NCBI RefSeq assembly: GCF_001194135.2
Contig: NC_068991.1
Coordinates: forward strand, 74,661,457 to 74,699,760
DNA: 38,304 nt
Direction of reading: 5' to 3'
DNA from: Octopus bimaculoides
Lineage: Eukaryota
The notes beneath the pieces were generated by a model. The model saw nothing but the letters and a program-made list of their open reading frames with translations, ran no database searches and was not told the origin of the DNA. The stretch's first letter is position 1; the number at the start of each line of letters is the position of its first letter. Of this stretch, positions 20,081-32,177 are shown in pieces. Made by a program: the position numbers and the translations under genes.

Positions 20081-22179
20081 CACAAGCCCCAGATATTGCT
20101 ATTTATGTTGAAGTTACAGTTAACAAAGTTTATATATTTTTCCTCTTGTTGCAAAACGGTGGCTGTGTCACATGATATTCCGCCATTTGTCAGTGTGTCG
20201 CAAATTATTAGTTACCTCCTCCTCCATCCCTTACTTACTCACTGACTCACTCGCTCTCTCACTCCCACTCCTCTTGGTTAATTTACAAGATGACCTTCAT
20301 GAATTCTGTCGCAGTTTAATATGTCAGATATACGTAAATTATATTTGCCAACGTTATCAATCAGATATATGTATGAAATAGGAGAAATGAAACTGCATGT
20401 TGAGTTATAAATATATTATTTACGAGAGGTATTAGAAGGATAAAGTAATTTTTTACATATCGTTTAGTTAGAAGGTAAAGCTGTGTCTATGATCCATTTC
20501 AGAGAGGGCTGCTGGACTGATGGGAGAGAGATGGAAGTTATGCCTAAACGGGAGGCTGATCAGAACGCTTGCTCATTCCGCTAGAAGCCCTCAAGATATC
20601 AAAGTGGAGCCATAAAACCGGAATCTAGTGTTTCTTTAATTCGCAAAATGAGCCCCCTTTAATTTTGCCCAGATTGCTTTCGATTTCGGTGTATCGATGC
20701 AACTCTGAATTTTGATTACGATCAACCAATTACTTTATCTCGTAAATTAAAGAATCTGATGTTATTTGGAATTAAAGTCAGCAAATTTGGGTAATTTTAG
20801 CCAATCAACAGACAGCGAGGCATTAACAGCTTGTTACCATGACAACTGCACGTTGTATTGTGTTTCACTTCACCCGCATGTTGTGTTGATTCTTCACACC
20901 ACGAGATTTACTTCACTCGCCTGTTTTGTTTTCATAAAAATTTATATTTATCAATTAGAATTTTATTATAGATATTTTTCGTCAAGTGTCTTAATATTTT
21001 ACATATTTTTCATATATAGCAAATATTGCTTGCGATGTTTATACAGCTTCTTGGCATTATGGAGGTGAATGGAATATGTGAACTCAGTACACAACCGCAC
21101 ACTACACTTCAAGCACAGTACTGACGAAGCATCGGTGACTCCTCGACTCAGCATTGCCAAGCTTCAGGGACTCATTGACTCAGATAGCTGGATTTATGAT
21201 TTTACTAGGTTAATTCTATTCATAAACATTTTAATTGGGAGTATTTCTTAAACCATTAGCTTCACATTTCAACAGCTTAAATGAAATTTAGCCCCCGCAA
21301 CAGGAACTGACAGGGATATCGTAGAACAGAGAAACTGTGGGTGAGACAGATAATTTGACATTATTTTTGAAAACATACAAGATACAGGTATTCTTTTTCT
21401 TAGGACAAATTCTCTGTTGACCAGTATGATTCTTACCGTAGTTCACTAATCCAAGCATGAAAACGTTACTCAACTTTGAAGTTTTGGAGACAGACGCACC
21501 TTTTCACACACACACACACACACACACACGCACTTATATATTAATGCTGTACACAAATACATGACAGGTATACATAATACTGAAATACGTACAAAGTAAG
21601 CACATATAGACAAATATAACAAATTAAAAAGAATTTAAAATACGATCAATGAAGAGACAAAAGAAACAGTATGATACATGTTGATTTTAATAGGTATTTC
21701 TGTTTATTTAGAAACCTACAATGAAAAGGTCAGACGCTAAACTATAAATTTCACAGGGTACAACCTTACAGTTGACACCACTCCGCTAAACGCAGAAAAT
21801 TTCTGTCTCGTTATTGGCTAAAAATACAGTTTTTCGATTTTTAAACTTCTGTAACTTTTTCCTCGAATTTTTTTCTCCACAGCATCATACTTTCATAGCA
21901 ATAAGACTAGAAAACTATATTATTATAGCCGATTTTCAGATTTTTTTACTGTCATTTAAAAAATGCATATTTTGCGAAAGAAGAAATCTAGATTCTTAAA
22001 CCGTAATCTGACAAAAAGAAAAATAATAAAAGAAGCATAACTGCAAACTAAGAGCAATACAGTGGTGTAGTTAATGTATGTTCCCCCACGGAGCATCCCT
22101 TTAGCTTGCAACCCCTATCCTGGCCTTCAAGCATTTACAAGTTTATACAGCAGACGGACTTCTCTCCCTTCCTTGCTTT

Positions 22180-22565
22180 GCTACTGGAACATTGCAATGA
22201 GCACAAGAAAGAATTATGCTCCACATCGCATGGAAGGAAAAGGAGAGCGAACGTGGTGGATGTGGAAGCAGCCGGGCATCCGTGACATTCTCAAAGACAT
22301 AAACAAGCATCTCCCTCGACACACCTTCTCCATTTTGTCTGCCGTGACCACGGGGCGGTCTGACAAACCTTTCCAGTCATTTCTTTATTGAAAACATCTT
22401 TTGTTATGACATCATGGCTGATACTCTTCCCGAGCCGACCCCCACACTACACGCTCTCGATTCTTTTCCCGGTTGATGATGAGTTGTCAGAGTTCTGCTT
22501 TGCAGTCCTTCACTATTAGAACGCTATCGTCTGCAAAACTCAGCTTGTGCAGAGACTGGCCATCT
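22180..22565. mobile_element. Decayed RTE-like pieces in opposite orientations
   Basis: + strand 22200-22300 reads AQERIMLHIAWKEKERAN/WMWKQPGIRDIL (like RAMERRML..W.R..TG.RDI). Minus strand 22565-22480 reads EDGQSLHKLSFADDSVLIVKDCKAEL (FADD RT motif). Confidence 0.55.
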
Positions 22566-23474
22566 TCCTACAATGGTAAAAAAAAAAAATACTGATGTTA
22601 CACAGAGAATGTCTATCACAATACTTTCACACACACACACACACACGCTCGCTCAATCACACACACATGCACACGTACACGCACATAACGATAGATCAGA
22701 TTACTCGCGAACCATCGAAGGAACCTCAATGAGTTAGCTAGAATTAGTCACCAGACAAATCCCTCTCAAATTACGCTCACTATTTTAAAAAAAGACACTT
22801 TGTCCAGAAAAAAAACTAGGCTTTAGGCTTAAAAAACAAAAGAAGAAAACAAAGTCGAGTGGTGGTGGTGGTGTGTGGGTTATCACGGCTGGAATGCCTT
22901 TGATCAGAGAAGTGTCTTTTCAGCTTTGAATTGAAGCAAAACTCTCTGATTGTCCAATTTATGTCCCTTTACTTAAATCTAGTTCTTATTTAATTATCTC
23001 CCTTCTATGTTTTCATAAAATGCAATGAGTTTAGATGAGTTAAAAAAAAAATTAAATGGAAAGAGTTTTTAAGTAAAATAAAATTAAAATTGTATTAGGG
23101 ATTTCCAACATAACTTATTAACTAATAAAAAAATTAATAAGAATATAGCAAAATTAAAATCGTATTTTCTGATGTCAAAAATATTTTAAATGAAATATCT
23201 GAAAAGAAAATTTAGAATAATTTTAGAATAATTATTATTCGATTTCAAAATAATTTTGGATTAATAATTGATAAAAAAATTGTATTAATATAAATCTAAA
23301 ATTATCTATTGATATCTAAATAATTTTGAATTAATAACTGGAAAAAAAAAATGAATTTAAAATAAAACCAAATTTATATTTATTAATTTTAAAATTATTC
23401 CGAATAACTGAAAGAAAACAAAAACAAAAAAAAAAAAACGAAAAAGCAAAAGACAAGATTTCAAATACTTCTGT

Positions 23475-23665
23475 CCACTATAGGCACAAGGTCTGAAGTT
23501 TAGAGGGAGTCGCTTACATCGACCCCAGTGCTTGACTGGTACTTATTATATCGATCCCGAATGGGTAAATGGCGAAGTCGACTTGGGCGGAATTTGAACC
23601 CGGAACGTAAAGCCGGAAGATATATCGCTAATCATTTTGTTCGGCGTGCTAACGTCTGAGCCAAC
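23475..23665 (-). mobile_element. tRNA-derived SINE (gtcgactttgcc family)
   Basis: + strand ctactataggcacaagg..tacatcgaccccagtg..ggcgaagtcgacttgggcggaatttgaacc..gcgtgctaacg. Confidence 0.8.
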
Positions 23666-25793
23666 TCACCAAAACATTAGTAAATTTACTTTCAGTTTTG
23701 AAACAGTTTATATGTCAGGCTTTGATAATGGCATCACATTAGTCTCCCTTTCGCCAGACTTTTATTGAAACGGGAAGTCTGCTTTGCGAAGGCCGTAACA
23801 ACATGGACGTCTGTGGGAGCATCTGACAACGCACGCCGATCGTATTTTACTGTTCACTCTCTGTCAGAGCTTTCCTTTTCACTGATATGAAGACGGTCGG
23901 AGTTTTAAATAACTTATCTATTGATTAACTGATGAATTACGACATTTTATTGTTTCTGCCCGGATATCTTATCAACACCAGTTAGAATTTGTTGCAGTTG
24001 TGATATACGCAAGGGGCTGGCAATATTTTTTTTCCCCCACATATATATATCTATATATATTGTGTAATTGCGCCGCCCTCGGAGAAGGAAACAAACTGGG
24101 AGGTTGGTTGACATCTGTTTAACGATTCTATTAAGTTTTGTTTATAATAACACGAAATTTCACTATAAACAAACTCTAGAAATGAACATGCATCATCGAT
24201 TGCCATCTTTTTACATGTTTTAAACTTAAGTGTGTATATATGTATACAAGCATGTATGTATATATTTATGTATGTTTATATATTTTTCAAATAAGGACGC
24301 GACCACTGTTCCACGCACTAATTATCATTTTCTTTCATAACTCGTGTTACCATTACCCTAAAAGTTAACTCTTATTGATTTCCTTCCTTCTTTCTCTCCG
24401 TGTCAATTACCGAAATTTAAAACCACACCTATGTCATTGTTTTTTCTCTCCTTTTTGCGTGTGTACAGAATATCTTTCCTCGTACGCCTCTAACCATTTA
24501 GGTTATCTGCTGTCATGTATATATAGATATCATGTAATTGCTTCTTGCTCTTATTTTCTGATCTGTAATAATTTTCGTTCGAAGTACGTGGTGTATTGAC
24601 AGTTGACTTTGTTGGTGCTATAAATTAACTACTCCCCATCGCTCCCACCTTCTTTCTTTCAAAGATATGAACGTAATTTAGTGTGAAACTATTTCAGCGC
24701 TTGTTCAGTTGAAAAAAGTAGCAGACAGCCTGAGAACGTGTCCACAACATACATTGCCTCTTCGTCGACCGACCAACAAACTCACGGACAAGGGCGGAAC
24801 TACCCAACTTTGTTAAAAACGTCGACGTTTAATTTCCATAATTACTAACAACATATATACTCACAAACACTCACACACGTACGGACTTTTTATTGTGTAA
24901 CCCATTTTAGTGTGTAACAGGTTTTTGTAACAATTGATCCTGTGTAGTTATTGTAAAAACTTTATTATTATTGTAATTATCAATGATTTCTCCCTGTTTA
25001 TTATAAAACATTTCGGTTTTTGTTTGGGCTCAGCTTGTCAACCCCAATTGAACAACCCTTCTTATCAAAAACATTCCCACCATGTCTATCCCATCGGTTT
25101 TGTATTATAATGATTGTCACATCATCCAATCACTAACTTTATTTTTGAAAATGAAAATAGGGTTCGATTTGAGTAGGATTTGGCTGCTATTATTAGCAAG
25201 TCAAAAGGCTACGTCGCGGCTCCCTATGGGAAAAACGTTCTCGTTATTATGAGATTTTCTGTTTGATTGCATTTTGTGTTAAAGGGTCTACTTTAGGTGT
25301 ATCGTTTTCTTTTAATTTTCGGAAAGTCAGCATTTAACATATAGTCGTATCTCAATAATTACCTTGACGTATATAAATATTTAAATTACTGTGATGGCAA
25401 ATATAGATGTTAACGAAATTGTGTAACACTCACAAACTTAGTTGCTTAATTTCAATTAAATCGCTATCACAAACTTACACGGATTTTTATTTTCTATTGA
25501 CATACCACTCTGGCACACTAGTGGGCGGGGAGGAGGGGCACCTAATCATTGATGTACGGCTTACCTGCACCTACCTGTTGCATTTCTGGAGCTGGCGGAA
25601 TATTAAAGAACTGATATGTATTAAAATTACAGATACACAGACTGGAGTCGAAAATGTCGGACGTGATTTCCAGTTAAATGCATTTATGGATATCTATTTT
25701 TTGTTTTTAATATAACTGTTGCTTAGTCAGCAGTCACACTTGATTGTGCTAACCTTATGATAAAGGGTGTTCCAGGCGTGACCACACCGTCTC

Positions 25794-25799
<6 letters not shown>

Positions 25800-25860
<61 letters not shown>

Positions 25861-25960
25861 NNNNNNNNNNNNNNNNNNNNNNNNNNNNNNNNNNNNNNNN
25901 NNNNNNNNNNNNNNNNNNNNNNNNNNNNNNNNNNGATATATATATATATATATATATATC
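25800..25960. repeat. (TA)n microsatellite spanning a 74-N gap
   Basis: Direct reading. Confidence 0.97.
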
Positions 25961-26849
25961 AAACATTAATCGCGTAGATCTCACAGGAGTCAGAGACCTG
26001 CAAAGGCCATGTGAAGAGCCTTTCCTGGCTAAACCAAAAACAAAAACCCACGTCATTTCTTTTTAAGGAAGTAGGGTGCGATTTGAGGGTGATATGGTTG
26101 CTATTTCCAGCAGATCAAACGATTGTGTAGAGGCTCTCTTGTTATAGTGTACTGATCTATTTTCTCTTTCTCATAGCATTTCTGTCTGTGGAGCACCTTG
26201 TTTGTATTTTTTATTATTTTTACCAATCTCTCTCTGCTTTCTTCGTGCATTTGACCAATTCTGTGTAGAATTAGATATTGGTTTATCTGCTAATCCATTC
26301 TTGAACTTGGTAGCCATGGTGATGCTCATCTTTTCCTCCAGGATATGGGTACTGTTCATTCTCAAACAGCTCATTGGCTTTTGACAGATTTTTGTCTGAT
26401 AACCCTGCTGGGTGCCCTCGCACATCATCCTCCCTGGGTAGGCTTGGTAGTGGAATCATCAACTCCTCGCTTGTGAGCTGATTGTACCGAATCACATAGT
26501 TGCCAGTTGCAGTTTTCCATCAACTTGTGATGGAATTACACCTGACTTGTCTTAAAGTATAGTGGCAAGATGCGGATTTATGTTTGTTGTTAATAGGTTT
26601 TGATTCTATGCTGCATCTGTGGTATTTCATTGCAGTACTGATACTTTCTGAGAAAGAGATGAATGTTATTAGCATCAGTCTAGTTTCTCCTCTTGTATTA
26701 ATCTGATTCTTTTATTTGCTGGTACATCAGATCTATCCAACCCATGTCACTTGCAAAACTGAACTTTAAAATGCCTATGATAATTTGTTTTATACAACAT
26801 AGTTAAAATTTCACACACACACATTTATATACATATATGCTAATGTATA

Positions 26850-27155
26850 TCATCATCATCATCATCGTTTAACGTCCGCCTTCCATGCTAGCATGGGTTG
26901 GATGATTTGACTGAGGACTGGCGAACCAGATGGCTGCACCAAGCTCCAATCTGATCTGGCAGAGTTTCTACAGCTGGATGCCCTTCCTAACGTCAACCAC
27001 TCCGAGTGTGTAGTGGGTGCTTTTACGTGCCACCGACACGAGGGCCAGTCAAGCGGTAGGTACTAGCAATGGCTACTCTCAAAATGGTGTATTTTACGTG
27101 CCACTTGCACAGGAGCCAGTCCAGGGGCACTGGCAACGACCTCGCTCAAATGTCT
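26850..27155 (-). mobile_element. (GAT)n-tailed RTE-type 3' module
   Basis: (cat)n cgtttaacgtccgccttccatgctagcatgggttgg... colinear with 7259-7622. Confidence 0.9.
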
Positions 27156-27302
27156 TTTATATATCATCATCATCATTTCTGCCTCTCTAATTTTAAGAGG
27201 TCANNNNNNNNNNGCCAGTCCAGGGGCACTGGCAACGACCTCGCTCAAATGTCTTTTATATATCATCATCATCATTTCTGCCTCTCTAATTTTAAGAGGT
27301 CA
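27115..27302. other. Probable assembly artefact: 89-bp exact duplication on both sides of a 10-N gap
   Basis: 27115-27203 is identical to 27214-27302, separated only by N10, as expected for unmerged overlapping contig ends. Confidence 0.85.
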
Positions 27303-27789
27303 CAGGCCAATAAATTTTGGGACCTGATGATACACTATAAAGCTAAACCCTTTATGGATGAGAAACCTAAGGTAGTCACATAAACTGGCCTTCCCAATTT
27401 TTAATATATGCGGCTCTACATCTCCGAGTCTGCTGCTTCTTTCAGATTTATGTTTTTACAGATGATTTATATGTGTGTGTGTATGTATTCTTATTTTGAA
27501 GATAGCTGTAAAGGCACAATGAAACAGATTAATTTGTAAGATTTGAATCAGAATTTATATATACTTTAAGAAGATTAGTTCATATACGCTTGAAAGATAT
27601 TTGAACTTGTAAAAAGGCTTTTCACTGCAATTTGTCATGGAGGAAAAAATTTCTCACTTGAGACAAAAAAGTTTAAAACACCATAGCTCAGAGTGGCTCC
27701 TACTGAACTGATGGGGCACATGTGTTTTCAGCTCTTAGTTCTCATCAGCACAAGTTACCAGAAAAAGAGGTAATTCTGTGTGTGTGTCT

Positions 27790-27997
27790 TCTTTACTTGT
27801 TTCAGTCATTAGACTGTGGCCATGCTGGGGCACCATTTGAAGAATTTTTAGTCGAATGTATTGATCCCAGGACTTTGTTTTTAAAGTCTGGAACTTATTC
27901 TATTGGTGTCTTTTACCAAACTGCTAGGTTATGGGGATGTAAACACACCAGCACCAGTTGTCAGACAGTGGCAGTGGGGACAAACACATACACAAAG

Positions 27998-28032
<35 letters not shown>

Positions 28033-28090
28033 TGTATGATGGGCTTCTTTCAGTGTCCATCTACCAAAATCCACTCACAGCCACTCCTGC
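27790..28090 (-). mobile_element. Older composite tRNA-derived SINE with an internal deletion
   Basis: Colinear with 16968-17374 but jumps from aaatccactcaca directly to gccactcct (microhomology-type deletion of about 100 nt). Confidence 0.75.
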
Positions 28091-28199
28091 ACCTATATAT
28101 ATTATCAGATATATATATAAATATATGAATGAACACTAAGAATACACAGGAAGTAGACTTGCTTAGATGCCTGGAGGGGGGATCCTCATAGGTAGTAGG

Positions 28200-28630
28200 T
28201 AGTTGTTAGGATAAGAACCAGCTGGGCAAAGTTGAGAGAGCTATTTCCTTTGTTGGTAACAATGGGCCTCTCACTCAGTATGAAAGGCTGATTGTATGAT
28301 GCCTGTTTTAAAACAGCTATGCAACATGGTAGTGAAACATGGGCTGTGAATGCAGAAGACATGCAAAATTTTAAAAGAAATGGAGCCAGCAAAGTGGAGG
28401 AAAATTGAGTGTAAGAGATATCAGATATAGTGTGCTAGAGAGAAAATTGCCCTGGTATGGTCTTGTGATGCATACGGATGAAGGCAGCTGCTTAAAGATG
28501 TGCCAATCTCTAAATGTGGGCGGAACCTGTGGAAGAGGAAGACCTAGGAAAATGTGGGACAAGGTATTGAAAAATGATCTTCAAATGCTGAGCCTCCCAG
28601 AGGAGATAACAAAAGATCAAAAGATTGGCA
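28200..28630 (+). mobile_element. Decayed RTE-clade ORF2 C-terminus
   Basis: WAKLRELF..GLSLSMKG.LYDAC..HGSETWAVNAEDM.., then WYGLVMHTDEGSCLKMCQSLNVGGTCGRGRPRKMWDKVLKNDL. Confidence 0.85.
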
Positions 28631-29060
28631 TTTGCTGTGCTTGAGAAGACCTGTGCAGCTAAGTAAAACCAAGGCCACAAAGGCATATCCTTTATGTCCA
28701 CATCATGCAGTCGGTCCTGGACAAAACTCCTCTCCTCATTGCATCTTCCAAACACCTCTCCCCAGCTCCCTCACCTGTGTTTATTACACTTTGTATTCCC
28801 TTCCCCACTATCTCCCTCGCTCCCTCATGAACCTACCTGCAAACACTATGTCCCTGTCAAGTTTCTTTCCACAACATATCTCCCTGACATGCCCACCTCT
28901 CCTGGTCCCTTTTACTGCATTCCTGTCACTTCCATCTCCCAGTCTTCTTTCACAGCCTTGTGAATGTAAATTACCCACCCACACTATCCAATCCCTGGTC
29001 CTCTTCAATATATACACCACCCTGTAACTTGGTGTGTATGCCGCATCACATCTTCACACC

Positions 29061-29099
<39 letters not shown>

Positions 29100-29199
29100 T
29101 GAAGTAGCCATGCATGTCTTGGTCCCTCTATTCATTGTCTTATTTTTCATCACCTGGCACAAAAACACCCCACTCAATACTACTCCTTCCCTCAGTTGA

Positions 29200-29415
29200 G
29201 TGGCCCTTGTCTTGCAAGTTACTTGGTAACCTCACTGGTGCCACATAAAAACCACTCATTGCACTCTGTAAAGTGGTTGGCATTAGGAAGGGCTTCTAGC
29301 TGTGGAAACCATGCCAAAACTGACAGTGGGGCTTGGTGCAGTCTTCTGACTTGCCAGCTCCTGTCAAACTCTCCAAGCCCTGCCAACATGTAAGAAGGAT
29401 ATTAAATGATAATGA
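29200..29415 (+). mobile_element. Old RTE-type 3' module ending in a gat/aat tail
   Basis: gtggttggcattaggaagggcttctagctgtggaaaccatgcc...ccaacatg..atattaaatgataatgat. Confidence 0.75.
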
Positions 29416-29421
29416 TATATA

Positions 29422-29695
29422 ATGTTGTTGTACTTGGGGATGGTCATATTGCCAGTTTAGCCAATAAAAACACACGCACTGTATGTTTGGTGTTAATTTA
29501 AGAAAAATGGCTGATAGTTAGCAAGGTGAGACACACATAAGAAAGAAGAAAGCAAAGGACCACTGATGAGGTCACAGAAGTGTGACGAAAGAACACTGGT
29601 AATATAATGTAATATAAAGCTGAAGCAAATTAACACCAAACATACAGTGCGTGTGTTTTTATTGGCAATATGACCATCCCCAAGTACAACACCAT
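29422..29695. mobile_element. Fold-back/MITE-like element with about 65-70 bp inverted arms
   Basis: 29426-29499 vs the reverse complement of 29627-29691 is identical apart from a 9-nt insertion (gtttagcca) in the left arm. Spacer about 127 nt. No clear TSD. Confidence 0.75.
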
Positions 29696-29919
29696 CTGTT
29701 CCAACACACGATTTCACATCAAAAATCTTGCAAAACAAATATATAAACGGATATATAAATATGTGTATAAATATATGCATGTATGTGTATGAGCATATTA
29801 TGCTTGCATATGTATGACCAGGGTTAACATAGGTAATTATATCAGTAGTATAACGGATATTTTTATCCCTTAGACAGTAGAGGAGATAGTGGATATGGAT
29901 AGATTTGATGTTATCCTTT

Positions 29920-30260
29920 ATTACAGATTACAGAGTACGGAAACCAGCCAGAGGCCTCCTCTAGACAAATGACTGTCTGCTCCTGGCTAAGTACTTCTGA
30001 AGATGTCTCACCAGGAAGATGACATCAGTTGTACCACTTTCTGGCATAAAACCAAACTGCATCTCATCCAAGCTAATTTTGTTCTTAATCAATTATGCAA
30101 TAACTCTTTCTTATAACTTTCATAACCTGTTTATGAGAATTATATAGAAAATTTAACTACCAGGGCATAAAAAAAATTTGATATCTCTAGTTATCTTTCA
30201 GTAATATGTCTCATTTGCTCATGTACTACTTGATAATGCTACTGTTACATTAATCATTGG
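29920..30260 (-). mobile_element. Decayed RTE-clade RT N-terminal fragment
   Basis: IKNKISLDEMQFGFMPESGTTDVIFLVRHLQKYLA, the RTE QFGFMP..GTTDAIF motif. Confidence 0.75.
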
Positions 30261-30599
30261 GCATGACGCCTTCCTGTCAAACTAGATTGACTATGCGAGT
30301 TATTAGCATGTATCCTATGTACCTCCTCCTCGTTTTAACATCCACTTTCTTGTGCATTTTATGGGTCAGGGAAAATCCATCAAGGCAGATTTTTCAATGT
30401 TTGGATGCTCTTGCTCTCACTAACCCTCACCTTTTTGTGACAAGTGGTGTAAGATTTCCCCATGTGCTTTGAACATGAACAGTACAATTGTTGGACATGT
30501 TTTTCATGAAAGATTGCAGACACACCGCTGATTGTATGGCAGTGATGTTTGTTTAATTAAGCCTGTCTTGTCGAAACAAGACAGCTCAAGCATAATTTC

Positions 30600-31078
30600 T
30601 CTCTCTCACATGGTAAATGGCCCCTGATTGATCCTTACATGCATGCTAAGTTCACCATTGATCTGACTGTTGATTCTCACCTTGCTGACTGTGCTTCTGC
30701 ACATGATGTGTACAGCCCTCTTAACCCTTTCATTATTGTATTTATTCTGAGATGCTCTGTGTTTCTTTCAATTATTTCAAATACAACAAAGAATTTAGTA
30801 AAATAACTTAGTTGCCATTAAGCTAATATTAGGAACATAAATTGTGACTAAGGTTTGGTGGAAGATTTTAATTCAAAACTTATGAAAACAAGACATTTGT
30901 ATTACAGAGCCAGAGTTAGTTTCAAGCGGGTTGGTAGTGAAAGGGTTAAAGCATTTCATAGCTTCCTTAGCAACCACCAGATTACAGAGTATGGGAAACC
31001 AGTCAAAGGCCTTCTCTAGACTAATGACTGTCTACTCCTAGCTAAGTATTTCTGAAACTGTCTCACCAGGAAGATGAC

Positions 31079-31080
<2 letters not shown>
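30600..31080 (-). mobile_element. Decayed RTE-clade RT fragment interrupted by a TTAA MITE
   Basis: VIFLVRQFQKYLA..LEKAFDWFPYSVIWWLLRKL, then after the MITE RAVHIMCRSTVSKVRINSQINGELSMHVRINQG. Confidence 0.7.
30721..30949. mobile_element. TTAA-flanked MITE, copy D (reverse orientation relative to 9397-9626)
   Basis: TTAA|cccttttcatt ... gtgaaaggg|TTAA. The interior is the reverse complement of copy B. Confidence 0.85.
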
Positions 31081-31113
<33 letters not shown>

Positions 31114-31325
31114 TTCACACATGTATATATTCCCATCTTTCAGTTCCCATCCACTCAATCCACACACAAGGCTTTGATTTGCTTACGACTATACAAGTGG
31201 ACACTTTCACAAAGTGCTACTCAGTGTAACTGAACCTTATACACATACATATGCTCACACACACACAAGGTGTCTATAGATATATGTACAGTAACCCCTC
31301 ACCAGATCGCAGTTCACCCATCATG

Positions 31326-31576
31326 CACTCAGTACATCATGGTTCATCTATTATTCACTCAGTACATCATGGTTCATCTATTATTCACTCAGTACATCAT
31401 GGTTCATCTATTATTCACTCAGTACATCATGGTTCATCTATTATTCACTCAGTACATCATGGTTCATCTATTATTCACTCAGTACATCATGGTTCATCTA
31501 TTATTCACTCAGTACATCATGGTTCATCTATTATTCACTCAGTACATCATGGTTCATCTATTATTCACTCAGTACA
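31326..31576. repeat. Perfect 30-bp minisatellite, 8 full copies plus a partial (cactcagtacatcatggttcatctattatt)
   Basis: Direct reading; all units identical, no spacers. Confidence 0.97.
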
Positions 31577-31681
31577 CAGGTTTATGTGGCCGATAGGTAT
31601 TTATATCTTTTTAGATTTTAATTATTTCTGTGGGGGGTTTTGGAACGTAACTCCTGCGATAGTTGAGAGATTACTGTACAC

Positions 31682-32040
31682 CAGCTAGCTATATGTTTCA
31701 CATAAAAATGTCATTAGTAATATACACACATACACAAACTTACAAGGTGTATTTAAATGTATGTATATCAGCTAGCTATACATTTTGCATAAAGACGTCA
31801 AACACACACAAACATACAAGGTATGTATAAATATAAATACACACACAGGTGTGTATAAATATATGTGTATCAGCTAGCTATTGATTTCACATGTCTAGAC
31901 ATGTCAGTAATAATATACACACCTATACACACAAACATACAAGATGTGTATAAATGTAAATACATATATATATATACACACAGACACACACCTACAAGGT
32001 ATGTATAAATATATGTATATCAGCTTGCTGTATATTTTAC
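31682..32040. repeat. Degenerate tandem repeat, about 4 units of roughly 87-150 nt anchored on cagctagcta...tacaaggt.tgtataaat
   Basis: Anchors at 31682, 31769, 31871 and 32021. Unit length varies through TA/CA slippage. Confidence 0.7.
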
Positions 32041-32046
32041 ATTGTG

Positions 32047-32177
32047 GAGGACATGGCTTAGTGGTTAAGGTGTTGGACTCATGATTTTAAGATTGTGGTT
32101 TCAATTCCTGGACTGGGTGATGCATTATGTTCTTGAGCAAGACACTTCATTTCACATTGCTCCAGTCCACTCAGCTG
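32047..32177 (+). mobile_element. tRNA-derived SINE 5' part (ccttgagcaagacact family)
   Basis: A-box tggcttagtggttaag, B-box ggtttcaattcc, then tcttgagcaagacact..ccagtccactcagctg as in 34212-34529. Confidence 0.75.

Noticed and set aside
23040-23440. Extremely AT-rich tract as an organellar insertion or origin
   Set aside because: No recognisable mitochondrial gene or tRNA; looks like degenerate low-complexity sequence.
24817-24830. 14-bp perfect palindrome aaacgtcgacgttt near a GC box as a regulatory site
   Set aside because: Plausible by chance in 38 kb, with no associated gene start.
27115-27302. Biological tandem duplication
   Set aside because: Exact identity and position on both sides of a 10-N gap point to an assembly overlap.
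29924-31080. Direct repeats as LTRs of a TRIM or solo-LTR element
   Set aside because: No TG...CA ends, PBS or PPT; the repeated segment translates as RTE reverse-transcriptase motifs.
31326-31576. Regular 30-bp repeat as a possible CRISPR array
   Set aside because: Units are directly adjacent with no spacers, there are no cas genes, and the context is eukaryotic.
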